Of a DNA stretch of 17,798 nucleotides, positions 7,891 to 15,830 are shown piece after piece. Every line of letters begins with the position of its first letter. The first letter of the stretch is position 1. The stretch is from positions 1-17,798 of the forward strand of contig CAKZTQ010000051.1 of assembly GCA_937921735.1 (NCBI GenBank), read 5' to 3'. The DNA comes from an uncultured archaeon (GTDB lineage Archaea > Hadarchaeota > Hadarchaeia > Hadarchaeales > Hadarchaeaceae). Position numbers and translations under genes: made by a program. A model generated the notes under the pieces. It saw nothing but the letters and a program-made list of their open reading frames with translations. It ran no database searches and was not told the origin of the DNA.

Positions 7891-8382
7891 GTGAAAATCG
7901 GATTGATGTCGGATACGCACGACAGGCTGGACGCCATAAGGAAGGCGGTAGATCTCTTCAACAGGACTAGCGTCGAATACGTCCTCCACGCCGGCGACCT
8001 CGTGTCGCCTTTCACCGCGAGGGAGTTTCGAGGCTTGAGGGCAAAACTATACATCGTTTGGGGAAACAACGATGGCGACAAGGAGCTGTTGCGCGTTAAA
8101 TTCGGCGAGATCGGTGCGGAGTTGCTCGGGGACTTCGCCGTTCTGGAGCTTGCAGGCCGCAGGATGGCCCTTCTGCACGGCACTAACGAAGCCCTAGTCG
8201 ACGCGCTCGTGAAGGGCGGGGAGTTCGACGTGGTGGTGCGCGGTCATACCCACGAGGCCAAAATCGTCGAGGGGCAAACGCTCATCGTAAACCCCGGCGA
8301 GGTCTGCGGCTACCTCAGCGGTCGTCAGACCATAGCCCTGCTCGATCTAGCCGCGCTTCGGTCGGAGATAGTCGAGCTCTAA
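7891..8382 (+). CDS. Metallophosphoesterase, YfcE/MJ0936/Vps29 family
   Basis: SDTHD, HAGD, GNND, HG, GHTH, NPGE motifs. GTG 7891 is preceded by a GGTGATGG SD and gives the typical MKIGLMSDTH start. Confidence 0.92.
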   Translation: MKIGLMSDTHDRLDAIRKAVDLFNRTSVEYVLHAGDLVSPFTAREFRGLRAKLYIVWGNNDGDKELLRVKFGEIGAELLGDFAVLELAGRRMALLHGTNEALVDALVKGGEFDVVVRGHTHEAKIVEGQTLIVNPGEVCGYLSGRQTIALLDLAALRSEIVEL

Positions 8383-8386
8383 TCGC

Positions 8387-8399
8387 AAAAGACTTTATA
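8387..8399 (+). promoter_or_regulatory. BRE/TATA promoter of the PiT gene
   Basis: AAAAGAC-TTTATA about 38 nt upstream of ATG 8437; AGGTG SD in between. Confidence 0.6.
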
Positions 8400-8436
8400 G
8401 CTCGCCCGCCGCAAATTTCGAGTCAGGTGCCATGCC

Positions 8437-9450
8437 ATGATCGAGCTTACAGCGTTAGCCGTGCTCCTCGCCAGCTTTTACATCGCGTGGAACATCGGCG
8501 CTAACGACGCTGCGAACGCCATCGGAACCGCCGTGGGCGGGCGGGTGCTATCCTTTCGTAGAGCAGTTTCCATCGCGATGTTGTTCGTCCTGCTCGGCGC
8601 CGCCTTAGAAGGTTATAAGTTGATGAAACCGGTGGGCGAGCAGATAGTCACCGGCGCCGACCCATCCGTCTCACCATTTTCCATCTTGCCTTGGGCAGCC
8701 GCCATCGCGCTCCTGTGCGCTGGATTCGTGGTTACTCTACAGACCAGGCTTGGGTTCCCGATTTCCACCCATCAAGCTATAATCGGGGCGCTGGCTGGGG
8801 CAGGGGTGGCGATCGGGATGTTTTCTAACGTGACGGCGCACGTCAACTGGTGGAAGTTCTTGATCATACTTTGGAGCTGGGTTTTAACTCCCTTAGCTGC
8901 AGCGTTCTTCGCCTTCGTGTTATACCGCGTCTTCGAGGTGCCGCTGAAGAGGGTGAAGGCGCCGGAAAAATTGAACTTGATCTTCGCGGCGGCGGTGATC
9001 GCCAGCGGATGTTATGTCGCATACGTGATAGGGGCAAACGGCGTGGGTACGGCGATGGGCATGGCATATGCCGCTGGATGTGGTGGAGGAACATCTAGCT
9101 CGGTGCAACTGCTCGCCCTGCTCGGTGGCGTGGGGGTATTCATCGGATCGCTCACCTATAGCCGACGGGTCATACAAACCGTGGGCGCCGAAATAACCTC
9201 GTTGGGGCCCATGAGCGCCTTCGTGGCGCAGTTCGGGGCCGCCTTGACCATCCACCTTTTCACCCAATGGGGATTGCCCGTCTCGACGTCGCATGCTATA
9301 GTTGGGGGAGTGGTGGGCGCGGGACTCGTTGGGGGTATCGCGGCCATCAGCAGGCGTAGGTTGGGCGAAATACTCATAGCCTGGATCGCGACGCCCATCG
9401 CATCCATGCTCTTGGCCTTCTGTTTGGCGTCGGTGACAATAATCGTGTAG
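8437..9450 (+). CDS. Inorganic phosphate/anion transporter, PiT (PHO4) family
   Basis: NIGANDAANAIGT, GFPISTHQAIIG, GLPVSTSHAIVG and AWIATP; internal two-fold repeat; many TM helices. Confidence 0.92.
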   Translation: MIELTALAVLLASFYIAWNIGANDAANAIGTAVGGRVLSFRRAVSIAMLFVLLGAALEGYKLMKPVGEQIVTGADPSVSPFSILPWAAAIALLCAGFVVTLQTRLGFPISTHQAIIGALAGAGVAIGMFSNVTAHVNWWKFLIILWSWVLTPLAAAFFAFVLYRVFEVPLKRVKAPEKLNLIFAAAVIASGCYVAYVIGANGVGTAMGMAYAAGCGGGTSSSVQLLALLGGVGVFIGSLTYSRRVIQTVGAEITSLGPMSAFVAQFGAALTIHLFTQWGLPVSTSHAIVGGVVGAGLVGGIAAISRRRLGEILIAWIATPIASMLLAFCLASVTIIV

Positions 9451-9458
9451 GTGGGAGT

Positions 9459-9626
9459 ATGGTCGAGTCATGGCAGATTTTATATATCCTGATCGCCCTC
9501 GCGGGGTTGCTGATGGGATGGCTCTTCGATCCAAGGTCCGGAATCCTGTTCATTTGGGCACTCGTGATTGCGATAGAGGCGTTCGACTTTGTGAAAAGCC
9601 GAAGAGTGGCTAAGCCCTCAACGTGA
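9459..9626 (+). CDS. 55-aa two-TM small membrane protein (below the track cutoff)
   Basis: Hand translation MVESWQILYILIALAGLLMGWLFDPRSGILFIWALVIAIEAFDFVKSRRVAKPST*. Starts 8 nt after the PiT stop, has an AGGTGGGAG SD, and fills the otherwise empty gap. Confidence 0.65.
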   Translation: MVESWQILYILIALAGLLMGWLFDPRSGILFIWALVIAIEAFDFVKSRRVAKPST

Positions 9627-10323
9627 AGCTTATCGCCATTATTATATCACCCGCATCCTCCGCGTGATCCGAGATCTCCCCGATCTTTTCGATAATGTCC
9701 TTGAGCTGCAACATGCTGCCCAAGTCCAACATTTTCTCGTAGCGATATACTAGCTTTATCAGTTTCTCCTCCAGCAAGTCGGATTCATGTTCGAACCTCT
9801 CGATCTCCCTGGCCCTCAAGATGGAGGCATCGATGTTTGAGATCATGACATCGATGGATTCTTTCAGGGCTTGGACGGTCCTGACGGAAATCCCAGCAAG
9901 ATCCACCAAGCCCTTTCTGATCGCCTTTAGTTCGGCCTTCTTCTTCTCAGCTCGAGCCAATGCCTTCGATAGTTCCTCCCTCCATCGGATGGCCCTCGAG
10001 GCCTCTTGAGCCACATCGGCGACATCATCCACTTGCTCGGCCAACCTGCCCAAGTCCCCCCTGAATATGGGAAGGAAAGCCCCCTTCGACAGGCTGCACT
10101 CAAATTTTCTCCGTACTCCGTCCGCTTCCGATTCTAGGCAGTCGAGCTCCTCACCGAGTTTCTGCACCTTTTTCATATCCCCTTCCGAGAACGCGACGAC
10201 CAATCCTTCGAACTTTTTAACTATGTCCGCGACGGCCCCGGCAAGCTCCCTCAATATGTCAAACGCTGCCCTCTCCTTGCTGGCGGCGAAGGAGATAAAC
10301 CCCACTCCCGCGAGTTCGCGCAA
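9610..10323 (-). CDS. DUF47/PhoU-like phosphate transport regulator
   Basis: Two helical repeats with LESEADGVRR...GAFLP.FRGDL..L...VDDVAD and FEHESD...IGEISDHAEDAGD. TTG start has a GGTGA SD; adjacent to PiT. Confidence 0.9.
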   Translation of the reverse strand: MRELAGVGFISFAASKERAAFDILRELAGAVADIVKKFEGLVVAFSEGDMKKVQKLGEELDCLESEADGVRRKFECSLSKGAFLPIFRGDLGRLAEQVDDVADVAQEASRAIRWREELSKALARAEKKKAELKAIRKGLVDLAGISVRTVQALKESIDVMISNIDASILRAREIERFEHESDLLEEKLIKLVYRYEKMLDLGSMLQLKDIIEKIGEISDHAEDAGDIIMAISFTLRA

Positions 10324-10340
10324 AGGTTCACCGAGTGTGT

Positions 10341-10362
10341 TTTATTAAGTTGGCTATTTAAA
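10341..10362. promoter_or_regulatory. Divergent TATA elements between DUF47 and the flippase-like gene
   Basis: TTTATTAA and TATTTAAA within a short AT-rich divergent gap. Confidence 0.45.
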
Positions 10363-10402
10363 GTTGCAGGGCTTTGCGACTCCCCAAAGGGCCGTGCGAA
10401 AG

Positions 10403-11440
10403 ATGAAGGACAAAAAATCAACGTTGAAGAAAATTGTGCCCCTTTTCCCGCTCGGCATCGCGATCGTCATCGCCTTGATCGCGCTAACTGGCATGGAAGA
10501 GATCGCCGGGGTAATGGCTAGGGCAGATGTAGCGGTTTATTCCTTAGCTTTTGTCATTCAAACATTTGCCCTCCTCGTACTGCTCGTGAAGTGGAAGATC
10601 ATCATTTCAGCCCTCGACCTACGAGTAAGAACTGGGAAGATGTTTCCAATCCTGCTCTCGAGCGTCTTCGTGAACACCGTCGTGCCCAGCGCTAGGCTGG
10701 GCGGGGAGCCGCTCCGAGCCTACACCCTGTCGCGCCTCTGCGGCGTACCGCTGGACGAGGGCCTGGCGACGGTCGCGGTGGATCGCGCCCTCGATACCCT
10801 GCCGTTTATAGGCATAACCCTCGCCGCCTTCGCCGCGGTCCTCTTAACTTGGAAGATGCCCACCTACGCGCTGCTCTCGCTGGCCGCGGTGGTAATGGCG
10901 GCGGCGGTGGTTATGTCGGCGTTCGTGTACGTGTGCCTTCGCCCGGGGGCCGCCGAGGGTCTAGCGAAGTGGATCGTGAAGCGGTTCGGATGGTTTACCA
11001 AACGCTTCAAGCGTCTCGAGAACTTGGAGGCCAAGACCAAGACCTTCGCGAGGGACTTCGGCCGAGGGGTATTCGCGATCCTGCATAAGGGGCGCCACGT
11101 CGTCCCTGCCTTCCTGCTGTCGGTGGTCTATTGGCTCCAATATATCCTGCGCATGTATGTGGTGTTCATCGCCTTAGGGCAGCCGATATCCTTTGGCGCC
11201 ATTGGCATGGCCACCGTGGTGGGTCTACTCCTCCATGCGATACCGTTGCCGGGGGCGCTAGGCGTCGCTGAGGGTTTCTACGCCTTGATCTTCAGAACCG
11301 CGGGCGTCCCCGGCGATGTCGCGGTTTCCGCCGCACTTCTCGACCGATTTGTCTCCTTTTGGTACACGGCGCTCTTGGGCGCGGCGGGCATCCTGTGGAC
11401 GGGGTTTAAGCTGCGGGCGGTTATCGACGTGGCCTCCTGA
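10403..11440 (+). CDS. UPF0104 / lysylphosphatidylglycerol-synthase TM domain (flippase-like, AglD2-type) membrane protein
   Basis: KW, FVNTVVPSARLGGEPLRAY, ATVAVDRALD, PLPGALGVAEG and AALLDRFVSFW motifs. ATG 10403 preferred over TTG 10364. Confidence 0.88.
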   Translation: MKDKKSTLKKIVPLFPLGIAIVIALIALTGMEEIAGVMARADVAVYSLAFVIQTFALLVLLVKWKIIISALDLRVRTGKMFPILLSSVFVNTVVPSARLGGEPLRAYTLSRLCGVPLDEGLATVAVDRALDTLPFIGITLAAFAAVLLTWKMPTYALLSLAAVVMAAAVVMSAFVYVCLRPGAAEGLAKWIVKRFGWFTKRFKRLENLEAKTKTFARDFGRGVFAILHKGRHVVPAFLLSVVYWLQYILRMYVVFIALGQPISFGAIGMATVVGLLLHAIPLPGALGVAEGFYALIFRTAGVPGDVAVSAALLDRFVSFWYTALLGAAGILWTGFKLRAVIDVAS

Positions 11441-11915
11441 CGAGGGGTGAGCCGCAGACCTCGCATTGCGTGGCCGTCGCGGGATGTACCCTTCCGCAAG
11501 CAGAGCAGACCATCTCCCACGTCAGCACCTCCGTAATTCCAGGCATGGCGACCCGTCGATAGGGAAGGCCCAACAACCTAGCGAGGTTCTGGATCGCGTA
11601 GTCGTCGGTCACGAGCATCGGCTCTTCGCCCGCCCGGCGGAGGTCCAACGCCAACGCTAGGAGCTCGACGTCGGTGTCGGAGACCCTGTCGCCCGTCTGG
11701 CTGACCTTTAGGCGAACCTCGGCGAGTGAAGACTTTGAGGGCTCCGTCACTTCCACCTTCCCAGCTACGATCGCGGCCTCTAACTCCAGCTTAGAGCAAA
11801 GATACTTGGCCTCCTCGAGCACCTTCTGGACCGTCACCTGCTCCACGTCCGCTAGCCCCGGCGCGAAACCGGCTATGATCGCTGAAGTATCTAAAACGTA
11901 AATCTTTCGCGGCAA
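11421..11915 (-). CDS. nob1: Nob1 family PIN-domain endonuclease with Zn ribbon (SSU rRNA maturation)
   Basis: VLDTSAII, VLEE, SDTDVELLALA, LVTDDYAIQN, then CSAC...CEVCGS. Confidence 0.92.
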   Translation of the reverse strand: MPRKIYVLDTSAIIAGFAPGLADVEQVTVQKVLEEAKYLCSKLELEAAIVAGKVEVTEPSKSSLAEVRLKVSQTGDRVSDTDVELLALALDLRRAGEEPMLVTDDYAIQNLARLLGLPYRRVAMPGITEVLTWEMVCSACGRVHPATATQCEVCGSPLVRRPRR

Positions 11916-12731
11916 TTACAACCTCTCCCTCACCTTGCGGTAAAACTCGTCCGCCCACGCGAAGAACCTCGCCGGGCTCTCCGAGCGCTTGAGCTCCAGT
12001 CCGCTACCGGCCCTGATTCCGCTGGTGAATTGGCCATCTACTATCGCCAGCGCATCCTTGTTGCGCTCCGGGAGCTCCACGCGGACGTGGCTGCTCATGG
12101 GGACCACCAGGGGCGAGGCGCGGGGGCGGGAGGTACATATCGGCACCACTACCATCGCCTCGAGGCGAGGGTCGACTATGGGCCCCCCTGCCGCGAGCGC
12201 GTACGCGGTGCTTCCGGTGGGCGTCGAGACGATGACGCCGTCCCCCCTTGCGCTCATCGCCACTTCGTCATCGACGAGGACATTGAACGCCAAGGTACGG
12301 CCAGGGCTCGCGGCGCGCACCACCACCTCATTTAGAGCATCGGGTAAGCGCCTGCCACCTACCACTGCCGCCAATCGGGCCCGCTCCTGTATGGGCAGTT
12401 GACCCGCCGACAGCTTTCGGACAGCTTCTAGCGCTTTTTCCGGCGGTACGTCAGCTAAAAAGCCGATGCCACCCATGTTCACGCCGAGTATTGGAATTTC
12501 CGGAGCCCGTTGGTGGGTCGCTAAGACCGTCCCATCGCCGCCTATGGTGACTATCGCCTCGACCTTCGCCGCCTCGATCGCGATCCCCCGCCTCCCTAGC
12601 TTCATGGCGGTTTGGCGCTCGAGCAGCACCTCTTCCTTGGGGAGGGCCTTCAACATCGCCCTCGCTAGCTCGACCGCTTCCGGCAGATCTGGGCGAGCCA
12701 CTATGAGTATCCGCAAATTTAACCCAATCAT
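11916..12731 (-). CDS. nadK: NAD(+) kinase
   Basis: GGDGT, GVNMGGIGFL, LNE, GDGVIVSTPTGSTAYALAAGGP and VDGQ. Confidence 0.95.
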   Translation of the reverse strand: MIGLNLRILIVARPDLPEAVELARAMLKALPKEEVLLERQTAMKLGRRGIAIEAAKVEAIVTIGGDGTVLATHQRAPEIPILGVNMGGIGFLADVPPEKALEAVRKLSAGQLPIQERARLAAVVGGRRLPDALNEVVVRAASPGRTLAFNVLVDDEVAMSARGDGVIVSTPTGSTAYALAAGGPIVDPRLEAMVVVPICTSRPRASPLVVPMSSHVRVELPERNKDALAIVDGQFTSGIRAGSGLELKRSESPARFFAWADEFYRKVRERL

Positions 12732-12817
12732 TCATTTCATGAGAGGGATTTAACGTTACGGGTCAGGCGGGGTGCAAGTTATTAAAAGCTGGTGCTCGAA
12801 GTAGTAGAGGTGGCCCC

Positions 12818-13210
12818 ATGAGCAAGGAAGTGGTGGAAGTCGGAAAACTCAAAGATGGACGCTTCGTAATAATCGACGACGAGCCTTGCCGCATCGTGGG
12901 CTTCTCCACCTCGGCGCCCGGAAAACATGGGCACGCGAAGGCGAAGATCGATGCCATCGGGCTCTTCGATGGGCAGAAGAGGACGGTGGTCAGGCCGACG
13001 AGCGCGAAGATCGAGGTTCCCATCATCGAGCGAGGCGGCGCACAGGTGCTCGCGATCATAGGGAACAACGCGCAGCTGATGGACCTAAAGACTTACGAGA
13101 CCTTCGAGTTGCCGATACCCATGAACCTAAGGGGCGAGGTCAGGGAGGGCGTGGAGGTGGAGTACATCCAAGCGCTTGGCCGGAGAAAGATAGAGCGAGT
13201 TAAGAGCTGA
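12818..13210 (+). CDS. eif5a: Translation factor aIF-5A
   Basis: Hypusine loop SAPGKHGHAK, QLMD..TYETF; GAGGTGG SD; TTATTAAA TATA near 12779-12786. Confidence 0.97.
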   Translation: MSKEVVEVGKLKDGRFVIIDDEPCRIVGFSTSAPGKHGHAKAKIDAIGLFDGQKRTVVRPTSAKIEVPIIERGGAQVLAIIGNNAQLMDLKTYETFELPIPMNLRGEVREGVEVEYIQALGRRKIERVKS

Positions 13211-13240
13211 GGCCCCAACTGTTTTCCAAGCCTAGGCTTG

Positions 13241-13257
13241 AAATAAAAAGAAAAAAA
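13241..13257 (-). terminator. Archaeal oligo-U terminator of the histone gene
   Basis: Minus strand TTTTTTTCTTTTTATTT begins about 8 nt after the histone stop. Confidence 0.7.
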
Positions 13258-13265
13258 TTGGCGGC

Positions 13266-13460
13266 CTATTTAACCGCCACACATTTTATATCGTCGGCCG
13301 TCACGGTCTTTCGACCAGCTGCCTTGCAGGACCTCACGGCTTCCTTCGCCAGCGCGAGCACTACCTTGTTCACAGCATCCGCAACATCCGCGGAGACCCG
13401 AGGAGCACCAGCTTCCTTAAATATCCTGAGGACCGTTGCCTTCGGGAGTTCGGTTACCAT
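13266..13460 (-). CDS. Archaeal histone, atypical variant (64 aa)
   Basis: MVTELPKATVLRIFKEAGAPRVS...AGRKTVTADDI contains the ELP, RxxKxAGAxRVS and RKTxxxxD histone-fold motifs. ATG 13460 has a GGGGTGA SD; candidate promoter GGAA-TC-TTTTTAT near 13498-13510. Confidence 0.93.
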   Translation of the reverse strand: MVTELPKATVLRIFKEAGAPRVSADVADAVNKVVLALAKEAVRSCKAAGRKTVTADDIKCVAVK

Positions 13461-13523
13461 TCCATTCACCCCCTAAATCTGTGCCTTGAAGCGGAAGATA
13501 AAAAGATTCCGCACCTTAAAAGG

Positions 13524-14219
13524 TCACCGCTTACACCATTTCCGCACAGCGCAGACATTACAGCGAGATTTCTTACAGTATAACTTGCCCAAGCGGAGGA
13601 GGGCGACTTCGAAGTCGACGAAGCTTCGGTTGGGCAAAGCGTTTGCCCGCCATAAGCGCATGAGCTCGTCGAGGGCCTTACCCCTGTCTTCGACCCCGAT
13701 CAGTCCGAGGTTTTTTGCCGCGAGGATAACATGTTCCTGCGGCAATGGGTTGGCCTTGAGCCATGTGCCGCGAAGCTCGCGGAGGAATATATTGGCGGTC
13801 ACGTCGCCTACCCCTTTGAGCTCCTTCAGCTTCGCCTCTAGCTCGGCCGGGTCTCTCGCCTCGTCGTGCATCTTGTTTAAATCCCCCTTGTATCTTCTGA
13901 GCAGAACATCCGATAGCAGCAAAAGCTTGTCCGCGGTCTTGTAGTCGTAGCGCACATAGCCTCCCTTATCCAAGCTCTCCACCAGCCTGGACCAACCTCG
14001 CGCCAAAATTCGCTCGGGCGTCAGCAGCCCATCGCGCTCAAGTTGCTTGTAGGTCTTGATGGCGATGGTCTCCGAGATCCTCGCGCCAAACAGCACGGAT
14101 GCCAAAAACCACTTGAAGACCTCGCCGCTATCGCGCCGGCTCAGATCTATGCCTAACGTGCGATGGTACGGTTCACCTAGCCTTTCCACGAGCTCATAAA
14201 TTAAATTCCGCCTCATCAT
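13524..14219 (-). CDS. HhH-GPD/endonuclease III-superfamily-like protein with C-terminal Cys cluster
   Basis: FKWFLASVLFGARI, GGYVRYD, HhH motif LKELKGVGDVTANIFLRELR, C-terminal CKKSRCNVCAVRKWC (C-x4-C-x2-C-x5-C). Confidence 0.8.
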   Translation of the reverse strand: MMRRNLIYELVERLGEPYHRTLGIDLSRRDSGEVFKWFLASVLFGARISETIAIKTYKQLERDGLLTPERILARGWSRLVESLDKGGYVRYDYKTADKLLLLSDVLLRRYKGDLNKMHDEARDPAELEAKLKELKGVGDVTANIFLRELRGTWLKANPLPQEHVILAAKNLGLIGVEDRGKALDELMRLWRANALPNRSFVDFEVALLRLGKLYCKKSRCNVCAVRKWCKR

Positions 14220-15093
14220 CTCCCCAGCGGCTGAGGGGTATCCGCTTCTCTAGGGTTAAGAGCCTTCTGAAATCCTCGTCCTTCATCGCATATGCATGCT
14301 CGAGGGAGGGAAACTTCCCCGCCTTGACCTCGTCCCTGAAGTTGATCAAGGCCTTCTCGATGATCTCGTTCAGCTGAGCATACCTCTTGACGAACTTGGG
14401 GGCGAGCTCTCCGACGGACATCCCCAACAAGTCGTGGAGTACGAGCACTTGCCCGTCGCAGTATGGGCCCGCGCCTATGCCTATCGTCGGGACGTTCACC
14501 CTCTCGGTGATGATCTTCGCGAGCTGCCACGGCACGCATTCTAGGACTATGCTGAAGACCCCCATCTTATCGAGCATCTTCGCGTCCTCGAGTATCACCT
14601 GCGCCGCTGCGTAGTCCCTCCCCTGCACCCTGTAGCCCCCCAGCTGGTGAACCCATTGTGGGGTTAGGCCCAAGTGGCCCATGACCGGGATGCCGGCTTG
14701 AATTATCGCCCTTATCTTGTCCGCCACCCCTCGACCGCCCTCCACCTTCACCGCCTCCGCTCCCCCCTCCTTGATCAAGCGGCCTGCGTTCCTCACGGCA
14801 TCCTCGACGCTAGCCTGGTACGAAAGGAAAGGCATGTCGCCTATCACCAAGGCCCTCCTAGCGCCCCTAGCTACTGCCCTGCAATGATGAATCACCTCCT
14901 CCATCGTCACGGCTAGGGTGTCGCGGTAGCCGAGGATCACGTTGCCCAACGAATCCCCCACCAGAATCGCATCTATCCCCGCTCCGTCCACCATCTTAGC
15001 GGTGGGGTAATCGTAAGCCGCGATCATCGTTATTTTCTCGCCCCTATTCTTCATCTCCTTCAAAGCGGCGGCGGTGACCTTCTTTCCCTCCAT
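14194..15093 (-). CDS. panB: 3-methyl-2-oxobutanoate (ketopantoate) hydroxymethyltransferase
   Basis: AYDYPTA, ILVGDSLG, DMPFLSY, AVKVEGG, GHLGLTPQ, VLECVP, TIGIGAG.CDGQVLV.HDLLG, PKFVKRY. Confidence 0.97.
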   Translation of the reverse strand: MEGKKVTAAALKEMKNRGEKITMIAAYDYPTAKMVDGAGIDAILVGDSLGNVILGYRDTLAVTMEEVIHHCRAVARGARRALVIGDMPFLSYQASVEDAVRNAGRLIKEGGAEAVKVEGGRGVADKIRAIIQAGIPVMGHLGLTPQWVHQLGGYRVQGRDYAAAQVILEDAKMLDKMGVFSIVLECVPWQLAKIITERVNVPTIGIGAGPYCDGQVLVLHDLLGMSVGELAPKFVKRYAQLNEIIEKALINFRDEVKAGKFPSLEHAYAMKDEDFRRLLTLEKRIPLSRWGDDEAEFNL

Positions 15094-15170
15094 CCTAGCA
15101 TCCCTTAGAACTTTTTATCAGGTAGTATTTAGCCCCATAGCTAAGAGGGTGTGAATCGAAACTTATCTCT

Positions 15171-15830
15171 TCAAGGCAACACTCGAGGTGATTTGGCCCC
15201 CGAAATCGCCTCCACGATCTCCCTCGCCGCGAGCTCGACATCCTTTGCCTTGGTGATGGCGCTACCGACGATTATTATTGATGCTCCGCTCTCGACCAAC
15301 GCCGGCGCGGTCTTTGCGGTTATCCCGCCCGCCACCGCTATTGGCACCTCGACCGCGTCCGCGATCGCGCGCAACTGCCCCAGCGGGTCCATCCCGAGCT
15401 TCTGTTGATCTATGCCCACATGAACGCAGATATAGCTCGCGCCGAGCTGCTCGGCTCGCTTGGCTCTGGCCCTAGGATCGGGAACCGCGAGCAGGTCGAC
15501 GAGCACCCTCGCGCCCTTCCTCCTCGCAGCCGCAACGGCCTCCGAGATCGTCGCGTCGGCGGCCGCGCCGAGTACGCAGACCACATCCGCCCCAGCTCCA
15601 ACCGCCATCTCCACTTCTAGCGCGCCTGCGTCCATGGTCTTCATGTCCGCGACCAAGGTTTTTTCTGGGAACTCCCGCCTCAGCAGCCTTATCGCTCGTA
15701 ACCCCGCGGCTTTGATCAAGGGCGTACCAACCTCGACCCACTCCACGCCCCCCCTCACGGCTTGCCTAGCTATCTCGATCGCGCGCTCGACCTCGACTAC
15801 ATCCAGCGCTACTTGCACCACAGGCCTCAT
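15171..15830 (-). CDS. hxlA: 3-hexulose-6-phosphate synthase (HUMPS/OMPDC superfamily)
   Basis: QVALD, EVGTPLIK..G, ADMKTMDAG..E, HVGIDQQ, AVAGGI, IVGSAITKA. Confidence 0.9.
   Translation of the reverse strand: MRPVVQVALDVVEVERAIEIARQAVRGGVEWVEVGTPLIKAAGLRAIRLLRREFPEKTLVADMKTMDAGALEVEMAVGAGADVVCVLGAAADATISEAVAAARRKGARVLVDLLAVPDPRARAKRAEQLGASYICVHVGIDQQKLGMDPLGQLRAIADAVEVPIAVAGGITAKTAPALVESGASIIIVGSAITKAKDVELAAREIVEAISGAKSPRVLP

Noticed and set aside
8920-9534. 204-aa minus-strand ORF
   Set aside because: Antisense shadow of PiT with no recognisable features.
13486-13944. 152-aa plus-strand ORF
   Set aside because: Antisense to the HhH protein; Ser/Arg-rich shadow composition.
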